Source: Botryllus schlosseri
Taxonomy: Eukaryota
Length of the DNA stretch: 64,000 nucleotides
Reading direction: 5' to 3'
Assembly: GCA_051294905.1 (NCBI GenBank)
Contig: CM119385.1
Coordinates: 19,778,001 to 19,842,000 of the forward strand
Shown: piece by piece, positions 12,156-24,059 of the stretch
How positions within the stretch are numbered: position 1 is the first letter of the stretch
Layout: each line of letters opens with the position of its first letter
Notes under the pieces: model-generated
What the model was told of the DNA's origin: nothing
The model's input: only the letters and a program-made list of their open reading frames with translations
Database searches by the model: none
Position numbers and translations under genes: made by a program

Positions 12156-13278
12156 GTATACACACAGGCAAGTAACCTCTCTTCCGATATGGTAGGTAAG
12201 CAAATAGGAATCATGGAAGCTAACCTAAAACATTCACATTTGTTCAGTGATTAGAAACTCAGAAACTCTGAGTTTGTATGATAAAATTAAGTCATTGTAT
12301 TTCACACAATTACCATTGTACAATTACAGCGCGCACTGTACAAATACTGTGTACTGTACAAGGGCACATCAACGTTCAATGTTATATGTTTGAAATATAC
12401 ATGTACGTATGATCGGTGATCACAGATCTTCTGACAGTAATTAAATAAGTTGGCTTATTAACTTCAAGGGTTATTATCATTTTTTTGCTACGAACAACCC
12501 TTTTGTCACGAAATGCTGACTTGGACAGGAATTTTGCGAGATTGAAGGCGTTTTGAACATAACAAGTAGTATTTTATTGCTGGTTTTGAAGATGGGTCGT
12601 AGGGTAGCATATATTTTACTGGCAGAAAAACGAATTTGGGTCGACACAGTTTGAGTGATTCAAGACTTGTATGTAACACTGCAACAGTACATCCAGCACA
12701 CCTTGGTCATCTGCAGCAGCATTGCATATCCTTGCACAGTAAAGTTGAACCTTAGAATATACCTTTCACGCCACCACTTACCACGAAAGATAGGCCATCT
12801 GCTCAAATTTTGTTATTTATCCATCAGTAATCTCAGTAGATCAGTCTCTCAATTGCCGATATTACCAAATACAATTACAATTTCATATCTCAATTGCAAA
12901 ATGCAAGAAGGACGCTTGTGTATTTGTGAAGAAATAAACACCAAATTTTAAATTGATTTAGAAACTTGAAACGTATATTTCTGAATCTTGTTGTTATAAA
13001 GTTCACGGTTTACCTAGGAATTAGCGTACGTCATAATGCTGCAAGGCGTGTTCCAAAATTTCCAACTCGTTCAAGACCGATTATATGGAAAAGCTAAAAA
13101 GACTTTTCCTACAAAATTTGTTGAGTTTTGACTGTACAATTAACCGACATTTGGCAGTATGGTAAAGGCTAGCAGCAACAAAGTCGCAGATCTTTCAAAA
13201 GAAACCAAAATACAAATATGGTAAGTCGTTTGTAACAGGATTTCGCCTTGCAGAAACTTCAATACAAGCCCGTATTAC

Positions 13279-13528
13279 CTGACGTAGCCCCGACTTGAAA
13301 CATCTTCAACCACAGTTCTCGGTCCGCCGTCGGCGGCAAGCTGCCAGAAGCCGGCCTGAACTCTTCCATGCTGTACGTCACTTTCCCGTTGGTGTCTTCC
13401 GAAAAGTCATCGTCGGTGGCCTCGACCTGACCCACGAATATGCCTTCGGAGGCGTGCTCGTCCACGCGGAACACGTAGGACTGATTGCGGAATTTGGGAG
13501 CGTTGTCGTTTTCGTCGATGACAGTAAT
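13279..13528 (-). CDS. Protocadherin coding exon 5 (EC5/EC6 linker, first half of EC6)
   Basis: Acceptor CTTCAG|ATT gives ITVIDENDNAPKF...EATDDDFSEDTNG. Donor CAG|GTAATA; 250 nt, ends phase 1. Confidence 0.93.
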
Positions 13529-13594
13529 CTGAAGTTTGAATGGAAAAAATTGAATTGAAAATGTCACGAAATTTAAATTACAAAGCCAACAATC

Positions 13595-13660
13595 AATTCT
13601 CTACTAGTTTCTGACAAGTGTCAGCCGAAAATATTTGGGTTTATGAATATGAATATAGCC
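13595..13660 (+). repeat. Degenerate hammerhead-repeat copy
   Basis: CTGACAAGTGTCAGCCGAAAATATTTGGGT at 13611-13640: G8>A, C17>U, 5' strand of stem I deleted. Confidence 0.7.
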
Positions 13661-16600
13661 TACTATTCAAAATCAATGCCGTGAAACGCTAACCTAACTA
13701 GCATACAACAACGGCAGGACATGTGACTTGTTCACAGGGCGTTGAAGCAGTCATCGTTTCGTTGGTACTACTGAGGTAGCAGTTGAAGTAAGAAGTCAAA
13801 ACTAACCCGAACCCAGCCCGAAAATGAACCCCCACTAACCCCAACCCTAAATCTAAGTTTAGCCCAACCTTTAACGCACATGTCAAAATACGACTGGCTA
13901 AAAAGCATGCATCTCAATGCGATGAAGTCCTACTCACAAGAGTATATTAAAGGAGTACTACAAAATACAAAGCATGACTTATCAGCAAAAGAATCGAAAG
14001 GTGCAAAATGACATTTCAGCAGTCCACACAGACTAACGACTGTTAGGTGCTATCATGAAAAGCCAAAAACTCAGATGACAAAATCCGGATGAACGCAAGT
14101 CGCTGACTCAACAACATCTGTCCTTGTATTTCAGGTCCTTTTCGAGCCAACTCAACTGCCGTGGAAGGAACGCGGCTTATTATGCGGTAATGAAGGAAAC
14201 ATTTTCTGTTTCGGTTCACCACGAACGCTTTTAATTGTGTTGTATAAATTCAAAGAATCTTATTTTTTTCCAAGATTCGTTGGCAAATTTAACATGCATC
14301 TGCGGCAAGGGTGTGTCTTATCCAGCAGAAATCATGGCAGAATATACTGTAAGTGGCCATCTAAATTCAATTCATCTCAAAATACAGACAGTTCCCAACA
14401 CCGATCTATACAGTAAGGAGTTGACGGATCCATTTCAGATAAGGAATCAATGTACTGTGTTATCACCACACCACGACATAAAATGACTCTATATCTATAA
14501 CCAGGCGATGATGTCATTTTGACATTGAAATACTAATCTTGTTTTCTACAGTCACACAGTGTAGCATTTTATGGTCGAAACCTACATCTACTACACACTT
14601 GTGGAATATTAATTTGAGTGATCAAAACACAACACAAACGATTAGTTCCAGCAGACCACAAACGGTGTAGTTTACCAGCAAGAAAAAATATCATCTCTTA
14701 GTTCTTATTGAATTACACCGACACCGAGATATTCGCTTGGCTTTTACGGGAAGTGATGAAATATTTACGAATTGATTGCCAACTTGCCGCATTTAAATAA
14801 TGCATATCCCACACCTAGCGAGTAGCGACTGTGCCACAGTCTTATAAGTACAAAAAGGTGAGAAGGAAGGAAAGTCTTCGCATCTAGCTGTATCGGGGCA
14901 CCAATAAAAATAATCAAATTCTCGATTTCGGGATACGGCTGACTCCTAATTCAATTCCCCCCATTTTTTCATAAACAGCGTATGTTGGCGGGAATTGACA
15001 AAATCAATACAGGCCGGCGTGGCTCAAATAAATTTCCTGTCCAGAATAGCAATCCACGGCATTAATAATTGATGGCTTCAATATTGGTGAAAATATAGGA
15101 CTGCAATATCGCACCAAGGTCAAGTACACATTGTCTACCAGAGCCCGTCATTTCATATAGCCGCATGAAAAGCATTGCCTGCAACAATTTCAAGCTGAGA
15201 GTTTGAAAGCATGACAAATAATCTAAACTTGATTATAATATAATATGTAAACAGAGATATCTATATCGATATCCGTAATTAGCACATAACACTTTTGATA
15301 ATTTGAAAAATGCTTTCGGGCCTATTAGACCAAGACTGCACAATAGAATCTGCCGATTTACAAGTATCAGACCATGACAAAGTGGAGATTTGTAAGGAAC
15401 AAATCTAAATTCACGGTCAATATTTGAAGGCACGCCATCGCAAATCAAAATTCACGATTTGAAACGAGTCCATCATAAAACAGCACCGTAGTGAAAAGCC
15501 TTCAGCAGCACACACCTGGTAACGTGGCCGTTTTCCAGAATGGGATACAATGGAATGGTACCATGCGCATTGCCATATATTTACCCAGGTTGAACTAGTC
15601 AAACATAAGGTAACATAGGGAAGGCAAGCTAAACCACCTTGTAAGTCGTCTTGATTAAACATTGCTATCAAAAATTATAGCCGCTATGATGTAGGAATAC
15701 AGGGTACACATAGACCTACTACTAATAGTACTGTTTGAGACTTGAAAAAATGCAAAGACAAAATAATGCAACCCCACAAAACACATATTATATTTTTACT
15801 ACAGGTATTTGAATTGGATTAGATTATCGCAACCAGGGAGAATGAAATCAATAAGTGCACTGACACCGATCCCAAATTATTCATGACCTGTAATTGCTCA
15901 GGAGATCTCAGGGATTCCTACAAAATCCCAAAGCGATCCGTGTAAACAATACGGAATGAATACATCAATATTTGATGCAGTGTCGATACATTACAACAGT
16001 AGACGACAGACCCCGGAAAGATGAAAGTGAAGAATTCATGAAGTTTTCGACGGCGAGAACTTGAAACAATTAGTTTGTTCTGACGCTGAAACTGAAAAGA
16101 TAACCCGGTAACCTCGTCCCATTAACACGGGCAGAGGGAAAGCTGCATTACTTTTACTGGCATTGGCTAGTGTCACAAATCAAGTACTATCAAGAAAAAG
16201 AACAGTTTTGGTATCACCAAGAACGTGTCAAACCATGGATGTGGAGATGTAGTTATAACGAATATCGTACAATTATCAAGTACAATAATGGCATTAATTG
16301 ATATCATAGACGTCATAGATGCACTGGGACCAATAAACCCATTCAAAAGATTAAGAAAACACGGGTGAAATGACTTTTTGAACCATTTCAAGTAGGATTA
16401 ATATTCAAAAACTTTATCTACACCGGAGTCCACACTGTACGATATTATTTGACCTGCATTATTTAAGGTCGGAAATAGCCTAACCAGTCAATAGAGACGT
16501 GTAAACCTGAGCGAATGGGAAACAGTTTGCACTTGAGGGTCTAATTTCGAATTCACATGCTCCCACTAGTGCTAGGATAGAAAACCAAATGTTAACAGTA

Positions 16601-17012
16601 TAAATACCAGGAAATATTGACTGTCAGTAACCCGATTCTCCAAAAAAAATCACAGACAAACCAAGAGAGTTTTTTCTAGGCCAACGACCAGAAAGACAAT
16701 GAGCCCCAAACATTGCTGATGATAGATTATAGCGTAGCGAGTCCAGATCAGATTTCATCACTAAACGCAGCCACTGGAAAATCCGAGCCAACTCGACCAA
16801 AAAACGTCTTTCCATCGAAGCATGAACTGTTGATTTTTGAAGCAAAACAGCCGTCTCTCTTTTAAGTGGTGGAGCAATCCAACAAGCTTAAATCACACAC
16901 ACGCCCACGAATCATCACCATCGAGGTCGTCACGGGTTAATTTTTAATAAAACAACTTTTCCTTAACATTAGTGGCTGTAATCCACATTAGTGCGAGCCA
17001 AATCATCCAAAT

Positions 17013-17439
17013 CAGTGTTTTAACGACTCGAGTCAACTCATATGACATATTTTATATGACTTATCTAAGTCTTGTATCTCAGGACCGATAATTGAAAAGT
17101 ATGCCCACTGCCCAGATAATGACTTTTGTCTGTTTGAATAAACATGTTTGGAGTGAGAAAAATGAGTAAATATATTATAAATCCGGCTTTCGATATGGCC
17201 CAAAAGTTTCACAGCTAAGTGAGTTGAACATAACTTGAACTCGATACTGAACAGTAACAATATGACTCGGACTCGAGTCAACACTATGACTCAAGACTCG
17301 AACTGTTGCTCCCCGACTTTGACTCGGCGGTGAATTGAAATCGACTCGGCGGTGAATTGAAATCAACTCGACCCGAGTCAAAACTATAAAATTCAAATTA
17401 ACTCGCGACTCGGAACCTTTTGACTTCGTTACAACCCTG
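17013..17439. mobile_element. hAT-type MITE, GACTCGAGTC-rich family (copy 2)
   Basis: Ends CAGTGTTTTAACGACTCGAGTC...GTTACAACCCTG; flanks ATCCAAAT/ATATAAAT (6/8). Confidence 0.75.
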
Positions 17440-17480
17440 ATATAAATATACCAGTATATAACGGACACGAATAATCAAAC

Positions 17481-17735
17481 CTGCAGCGTGGTCGTTGTGT
17501 TTAAAGGCGGGATTCCGTTGTCTTTCGCTAACACCTTGAGATCGCCCGGCGTTCGTTCTACCTCCGCGTCCAGCACGTCGGGAATAGCGAGGATCAATGC
17601 CCCAGAACTTGGGTTGACTTGGAATATATTGGTCAGCAGGATCCTTCGGCCGTCTTTGACGATGTGGTCGCTGCTCGGTAGGAACGAGTATGTTATATTG
17701 GAATTCGGCCCATGCTTTTCGTCTTTGTCCGTGGC
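17481..17735 (-). CDS. Protocadherin coding exon 4 (EC5)
   Basis: Acceptor TTTTACAG|GCC gives TLK|ATDKDEKHGPNS...LDAE...AKDNGIPPL. Donor CAG|GTTTGA; 255 nt, phase 0. Confidence 0.92.
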
Positions 17736-18965
17736 CTGTAAAAGGGAAGGCGATAACACTAATGCAAGAGATCATGGTAAAGAGCAGCCAGGGCTGATAT
17801 CCGCCAAATTCATGTCAACGTACTTCAGTACAAAATTTGTTAAATAGTATATTCATAATGAAATGAACCCAAACATAGGCCTACACATAACGTAAACAAA
17901 ACTACTATCCTATCCTATCCTATCGATACTAAGTATTGGAGTCTCAACAATGGAAAAGCCTAAATCTAATGAAAAATATTTACATGCGCCTCAACTTCTA
18001 AAGAATAATAAAAATACCCAATAGTTTGTTTCTAAACAGCAGACAATATGAGGGCGGGTTGGGATTACAAAAAACACACAATAGTATGCAGAATTTCAAA
18101 TACACTACTACAGAGTGCGCTTCTCGAGGGTGACAAAAGTCATAAGGTTGCCGGCAGTTATGCACAATGGTGCTTACAGACAAATGGTAAGTGCCCTCGC
18201 GTATGGTCGTCAAGTATTGTTGTTAAACACTTCAAACGCAAGTACCAATAAAATCCCTGGAATTAATCATTGTGATAGCCTATAGGAAAATCAACTACTC
18301 ATAACTTGCCAGAATCGTGCACACTGCCCAATGATGAAAATCTAAAATGCAATGAACCGCTGGTCTGCCTCAACTGCCAAATATATTTCAATTTTATTAT
18401 CAATTGGCCAAACGTAAGAGGTTGAAGGCTGGTCCATTTATTAGAGAAATCAAATATCAAATTTTAAAATAATTCAGAAATCAGAGCATAATTTAGAATG
18501 CTCTCTGCTGTGATATACAGTTAATCATACGTCACAATAATATACTGAACTGTTTATTACTAGTAATATGTGAAACATAACAAGACTTTTTGAACAAAAC
18601 TCAACAATTGCCACAATTTGGCGACAATCTAGCAAACGGTGAAGTCGCATTTCTTGCAAAATAAACTCAACAGCCAGGACTTAGCCTCTCAGAAACTTTA
18701 TTAAAGCCACGCATAACCAGTTTAATATCAAAAAGATAGCGGTAAACTTCTCATTTCATTAAAGTTTCAATTCTTTGTTTTGACCATAATTATGTCGCAA
18801 CTACATTCTGGGTTGATTTTGATTTTTGAAAATTCACCGATCCACAAAATTTCATATGAAATTTTACCGAGCCGCAAGTTGAACAGGTTGAGATTGTTGA
18901 GAACCACTGCTATACACCAGAGATTCAATAGTAGATCTGGGCGTGATTTCACCGAAAATTTATAC

Positions 18966-19188
18966 CTTCAAAGTCATGACAACAGTTCCTCTTCTCGCAG
19001 TCTCGCTGACCTTCACGGCGAGTCTGTCGTACGAAAATTCCGGTGCGTTGTCGTTAATATCGCCGACGCGGAGGAACAGCGTCTTTGAGCTGGTTTGCGC
19101 TGGAACGCCTTTATCCGATGCTTTTATCTTCAGTGTGTACGAATCTTCCATTTCGCGATCCAGGTTATCGGAAGTTTTGAGGACGAAT
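18966..19188 (-). CDS. Protocadherin coding exon 3 (end of EC4, start of EC5)
   Basis: Acceptor TTCAG|A completes Arg in phase 2, giving RFVLKTSDNLDREMEDS...GDINDNAP. Donor AAG|GTATAA at 18966/18965; 223 nt. Confidence 0.93.
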
Positions 19189-19832
19189 CTGAACGCATAT
19201 TGTGAATCTCAATACAATGACAGTCAAATAGTACAGCTTAAATTGAGCAGAATCCTCTTTTAATTAATCCATTGTCAGAGTACAATGTAGACTTGATTGG
19301 CATACAAGATGAAATTAAAGTGTGGGAACTCATAATTTTAAACGGGCTCGCAAAGCCACAGTGGCATCGCATTATGCAAGACTTTATCAGTTCTGTTCTG
19401 TGGTAACGAAACAAAAGATTTTCTCAGGGCAGACTCGTACTGATATATACACTGTGGGAAAAAGCCGAAAACACCAGCCAAACAGAAAATGCAAATTTGA
19501 AACCCTTTATCAAAGTCAACAGCCTACTCGCCCACGAAAAAAAACTAATAAGCTTTATGGACAACCAAGGGTCGATAACTACATGAATACTTCAGTAAAA
19601 ATACCAAAGACAAGACTAATTACTTAAACTAGTGACATATTGTCAATGCTAGAGGAATGAGGATGATTACTAACAAGCAAGAAGCCTTCCCAAAAGGATA
19701 TCATCACACCGATTTAATAACCTGACGTCATTCACGGATTTGCACTACCGTAATGAAATATATAAGATTTAAATTCAAGCCTTCAAGCGTCAGGAATCGT
19801 TTTGCATGGCGAGACGAAAATGTAATCCTTAC

Positions 19833-20308
19833 CTGGAGTTAGCTCCTGGGATTTCCTCTAGAATGAACACCCCATTGTCTTGCAATTCACAAGTCACAGT
19901 GCCATTAGCACCAGCGTCATTGTCACTTACGGTGACAAATGCAATATATTCTCCAGGGGTGGTATTTTCCATGATTATTTCATCGTATTCGGCGCCTTTC
20001 GGAGGTTTTTTCACAAATGCATTTTGCATGAACGAAACCTTGAATTCTGGTTTGTTATCATTTACATCCTGCACATGCACGGTCACAGTAGCGTACGCCG
20101 GTACGGCGTTAGGACCAAGGTCTGTAGCTTCGACAGTTAAATGATGAATTTTCCTTGTCTCGTAATCCAACAGGGTGCTGTTTTTAACAGATATGACACC
20201 AGTATCCCGATTCAGATCAAAAATCTTTCTTTCACGTTCTCCGACTATGCTGGGAAACGAATAGACTATCCTTCCATTAGCCCCAGTGTCTTCATCAGTA
20301 GCATGAAC
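19833..20308 (-). CDS. Protocadherin coding exon 2 (EC3, first half of EC4)
   Basis: Acceptor ATACAG|GTT at 20309/20308 joins KQ|VHATDEDTGANG. Contains LDYE and DVNDNKP. Donor CAG|GTAAGG at 19833/19832; 476 nt, ends phase 2. Confidence 0.95.
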
Positions 20309-21609
20309 CTGTATATTAAATTGTATGCCAATGTGACGTGACAACTCATTAAATATATATATTTATAAGCTAAAAGCTGCTACCTACTTCTATGTCTTAA
20401 AGGGTAAATGCACTTAAAAATTGTTGCTGCATTGGATTTGGTATCATGGTGATGTCAACAATAATATTGTGATACAAGAATTAACCTCCATTAAATAGGC
20501 TATTAGTAACATGTCCCTATTGCGGCTTTCAAAACATCAATGGCCTATTAAGCACAGTGATACAGGAAACTATTCATTACGATATTACCAACAATTGTGA
20601 GAAGATTTTATCCCACTGAGTTGATGATCAGATTTCCTACTATGTGAACTTTCTCTTGTTTCAATGATTACGATACAACATACTTGGAATGCTTGATAGC
20701 CATATTCTGTTTCCCACGGCACCATATCATTATAATACACACTTGCCATGGATTAGTTTAACTAAGCCCGTTATATATAAGGGCCCAACACACCATGTAA
20801 TTACATCATTGCAAAATGTTCCAAACTTTTTTGTTCATTTCACTTGGTCGTTTTACAATAATCTTTTGATTGTTTGTTCTCTCCATGTCTATTGTGCTGG
20901 ATTAAGCTAAATTAAGCTAATTATAATATATAAAATGGGTTTATTAGGGAACATTTTCTAAATAAACTCATTCTCAAAACAATTTTAATCTTATTAGGCA
21001 TTTTGCATCACACAATTCCATTTAGGGAAGCTTGGAAACAAATCATTTTAGAGTAGAATAGGTCTGGAACTTCTTGATATACAAGCCTGCACAGTTCACC
21101 TATCAATATTGAGCATCCCCGGGGACCAGTATGAACACTGCCTGGAATAATCAATTGTCCGAGAAAAATCAATAGCAGAAATTAATACGTTCCAGTACAG
21201 ACTCTGGGCGATATGAACACCCATGCACCGTTGAAGTTCAATAACAGATCAACGAAAGTCAGTATGTCATAAAGCAATCAAAATAGGGATGTAATATCAT
21301 ATCTAAGTCAAATGGATATTAGATGAGCAATGAGCATAGGCTGGTCTTCCAACTTTATTGGCAGCACACAAATACTATTAGAAGGTACGGCTATTGCATT
21401 GAAATTATTTTAGTTTAAAAATCAGTCTAGGCTAGACTAGGCTAGAGAATTTCTCCACTAGCCTAGATCCCCACTTTCTCTTACCATGTCATCACAGAAC
21501 CTTTTTGCGTAGTCTGATTTTACAGTCGATTACAAGACATGGCACCATATGCCTTTAAATATACTTACAATGCCCCATAAAGTAACAGTATAATAAAATT
21601 TGTACATAC

Positions 21610-22437
21610 CTGCTTTACAATTGTTCCTTCTTTCTCATGTTCATTAACATCAACAACGAATATCTCCTTTTCAAACTTTGGAATATTGTCATTTGAATCG
21701 GTAACATTGATGAGGACAGTAGCTGTCCCAGTCGAAGGAGGCTTGCCCCCGTCATATGCTTCAAGAATCAATTCATGCACCCCCTTATTTTCTCTGTCAA
21801 GTTTTCGTGTCAGCGTCAATTTCGGAATCTTTGAACCATCGACATTGATTATTGTTCCGAGTTCAAAATAATCATCAATCGAATTAGAGCCGCCTTTTGA
21901 AACAAGTCTATAATCCTGAATTGAGTTAGCTCCATAGTCGGGGTCTACTGCACTATCCAGGCGAATGGTCGTGCCCACGCCGACCGCTTCTGAAATGCTT
22001 TTACGTATGACAGTATTCTCAAATGCAGGAGCATTATCGTTTATGTCGGTGACTTCAATGATGATGTTAACCATTTTCACTTCCCGGAATTGACCGAGAG
22101 GCAACGCTGCGACTTGTACCTCCACAGTGCAGTGTGGTCTGTTGTTGATACATAGTACTTCGCGGTCCATTTGTTTCCTCACTTTCAGAATCCCAGAATA
22201 TTTTGTTACTTCCGTATATTCCTGTCCCGTCAGTACCTTATATTCCATCCGCTGAGTACTAGGCCATTTCAGCTTTTGCGGGATGTTGATGAGCACCGAG
22301 CCTTTGTCTGACATTTCGGCAACGTTCAGTTTGATTATGTCTTCTGCTGCGCAAAGCTGGACATTGCATAGCAGCCAAGATGCCGCGATGAGGCAAATGC
22401 ATTGCTTCATCACGGCATTTCTGAAGGTTTGTGTCAT
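21610..22437 (-). CDS. Delta-type protocadherin, coding exon 1 (signal peptide, EC1, EC2, start of EC3)
   Basis: ORF has hydrophobic leader (MKQCICLIAASWLLCNVQLCA; start could be M1 at 22437 or M10) and no prodomain. EC1 has DRE-x-LC-x6-C (MDREVLCINNRPHC); linkers are DINDNAP and DSNDNIP. Donor CAG|GTATGT at 21610/21609; 828 nt, phase 0. Confidence 0.95.
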
Positions 22438-23996
22438 TTAAATGATACTGCCTCGATGCTAGATGTAGAGCATTCTATGCCAAAGGTCTGCTAAATGGAA
22501 CGGCAAACGCTCGTCAAGTTACGACATGAGATCAATCTAAGGAAAAACTTTCAATACAACAACACTTAACGATAATTACTTCGCAAACGACCCCTTTGTT
22601 ACCTGAAGACCCTGCTACTCTAACAAAAACCTGCAAATAATGCGATCGCTAAACCACACCGAGGCGAAGAGAAGACTGTTCCGCCTTCGCGAGCAACGTG
22701 AGACTGGCGAGGTGAGAGAGTCGATAATACTCGATAGCTGATATTACTTGTCTGGTTCGAGAGGGCGGAGAACCATCGGCTTACAGGGCCGAGAAAATTC
22801 ACCAAGGTTTAAGGTAGATGCTGCGATTCATCATCAATAGGTACCAGCATATACTCGACCCAACTTCATTACGAGTCAGATCGGGATTTAGAGGAGGTTT
22901 ACATTTGGCAATCCGATTCCCCAGCGCGCGATAGGCTGCATGTCACAGGGATAAGCTCTAAAATTGAAACGGAAAAACACAAGAAAAATCACAGTCCTAG
23001 CTATAAAATGACCTTGTTGGTTCTACTAACGCACGGCTAGGCTACTATAGCGCATGTACGGTACGTGACTGCCTTATGATTAGTGCGTAATACTGCTGTT
23101 TGCGTATCCGCAACTAGAATATGCTGATCTGGTGCACAGGCGGGAGAGTAGGCCATTTTAATTTTACAAGTAGGCTATACCTGCGGGGAAAAGTTGGGTA
23201 GTCTCCCAGTATCCACGACTACATTATGTGTATTGTGTATTTGGCAGGCGGGAGATTCAGACTTCTGAAAATGAACCTTATGAGCTAAAATAGTATCCCT
23301 GCTATAGCCCGCGCAGCTTTTCGCAAACTACTCCGGTGACTACTAGCTAAAATGAAATCACTTAATTCAAGGACATATAGCAGTTGTTTCCAGCCTTTTT
23401 GGATGTCGGAGCCACATTTCAAACTTCAGAGTACGTATGGAGCAGCATTAAAACATTCGAGTAGGCTACTTGTAACAAAAATTTACAGGTAGCTATCCTA
23501 TTTCTGGATCCCACCATTCAGCTAATTCAAAAGCATGCACATTGTACATAGACTTCTGTAGATTCTATCTATATCGGATATTTTAGCATTGATAGACGCA
23601 GATTGGCGAGTGCTCTACATTGAAATAAACTGAAAATTCATATCATTAAGCCTCTACTACAACATACTATTAAGTCGTTATGTGATAACCCTAGTCTTCA
23701 TACATTCCAGCACTTGATGAACAAGTTTACGGGGGACTGGACTATACAATGGGTACTATTGGACCTAATCACAATGCAACGACCCAATGCGTTTGTTTAC
23801 TACAGAGTACAGAGACGGCTTCTCGAACTTTCATGATCCGCGAGTCTGCAACCTCATTCATTTTCCATATCCCAACCCATCCATTTCTAAATAAATTTGT
23901 ACGGGACCTAAGACTGACTGATGACTTGTGAGTTGTGAGGTATAGCCGACAGATTAGTACAAGTAGTACATACCAGGTCTAGGTCTGGCTCTATCG

Positions 23997-24000
23997 CTCT

Positions 24001-24055
<55 letters not shown>
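23997..24055. repeat. (CT)n/(GA)n microsatellite ~1.6 kb upstream of the protocadherin start
   Basis: Near-perfect CT dinucleotide run. Confidence 0.95.

Positions 24056-24059
<4 letters not shown>

Noticed and set aside
8118-22000. Plus-strand ORFs overlapping cadherin exons (e.g. 8118, 8383, 13295, 17488, 18943, 19806, 21686)
   Set aside because: Antisense shadows of GC-richer coding exons with no recognisable domains.
22488-22602. Possible 5'-UTR intron of the protocadherin (CAG|GTAAC ... TTAGCAG|)
   Set aside because: Sites are plausible, but without a reading-frame constraint or transcript data they cannot be supported.
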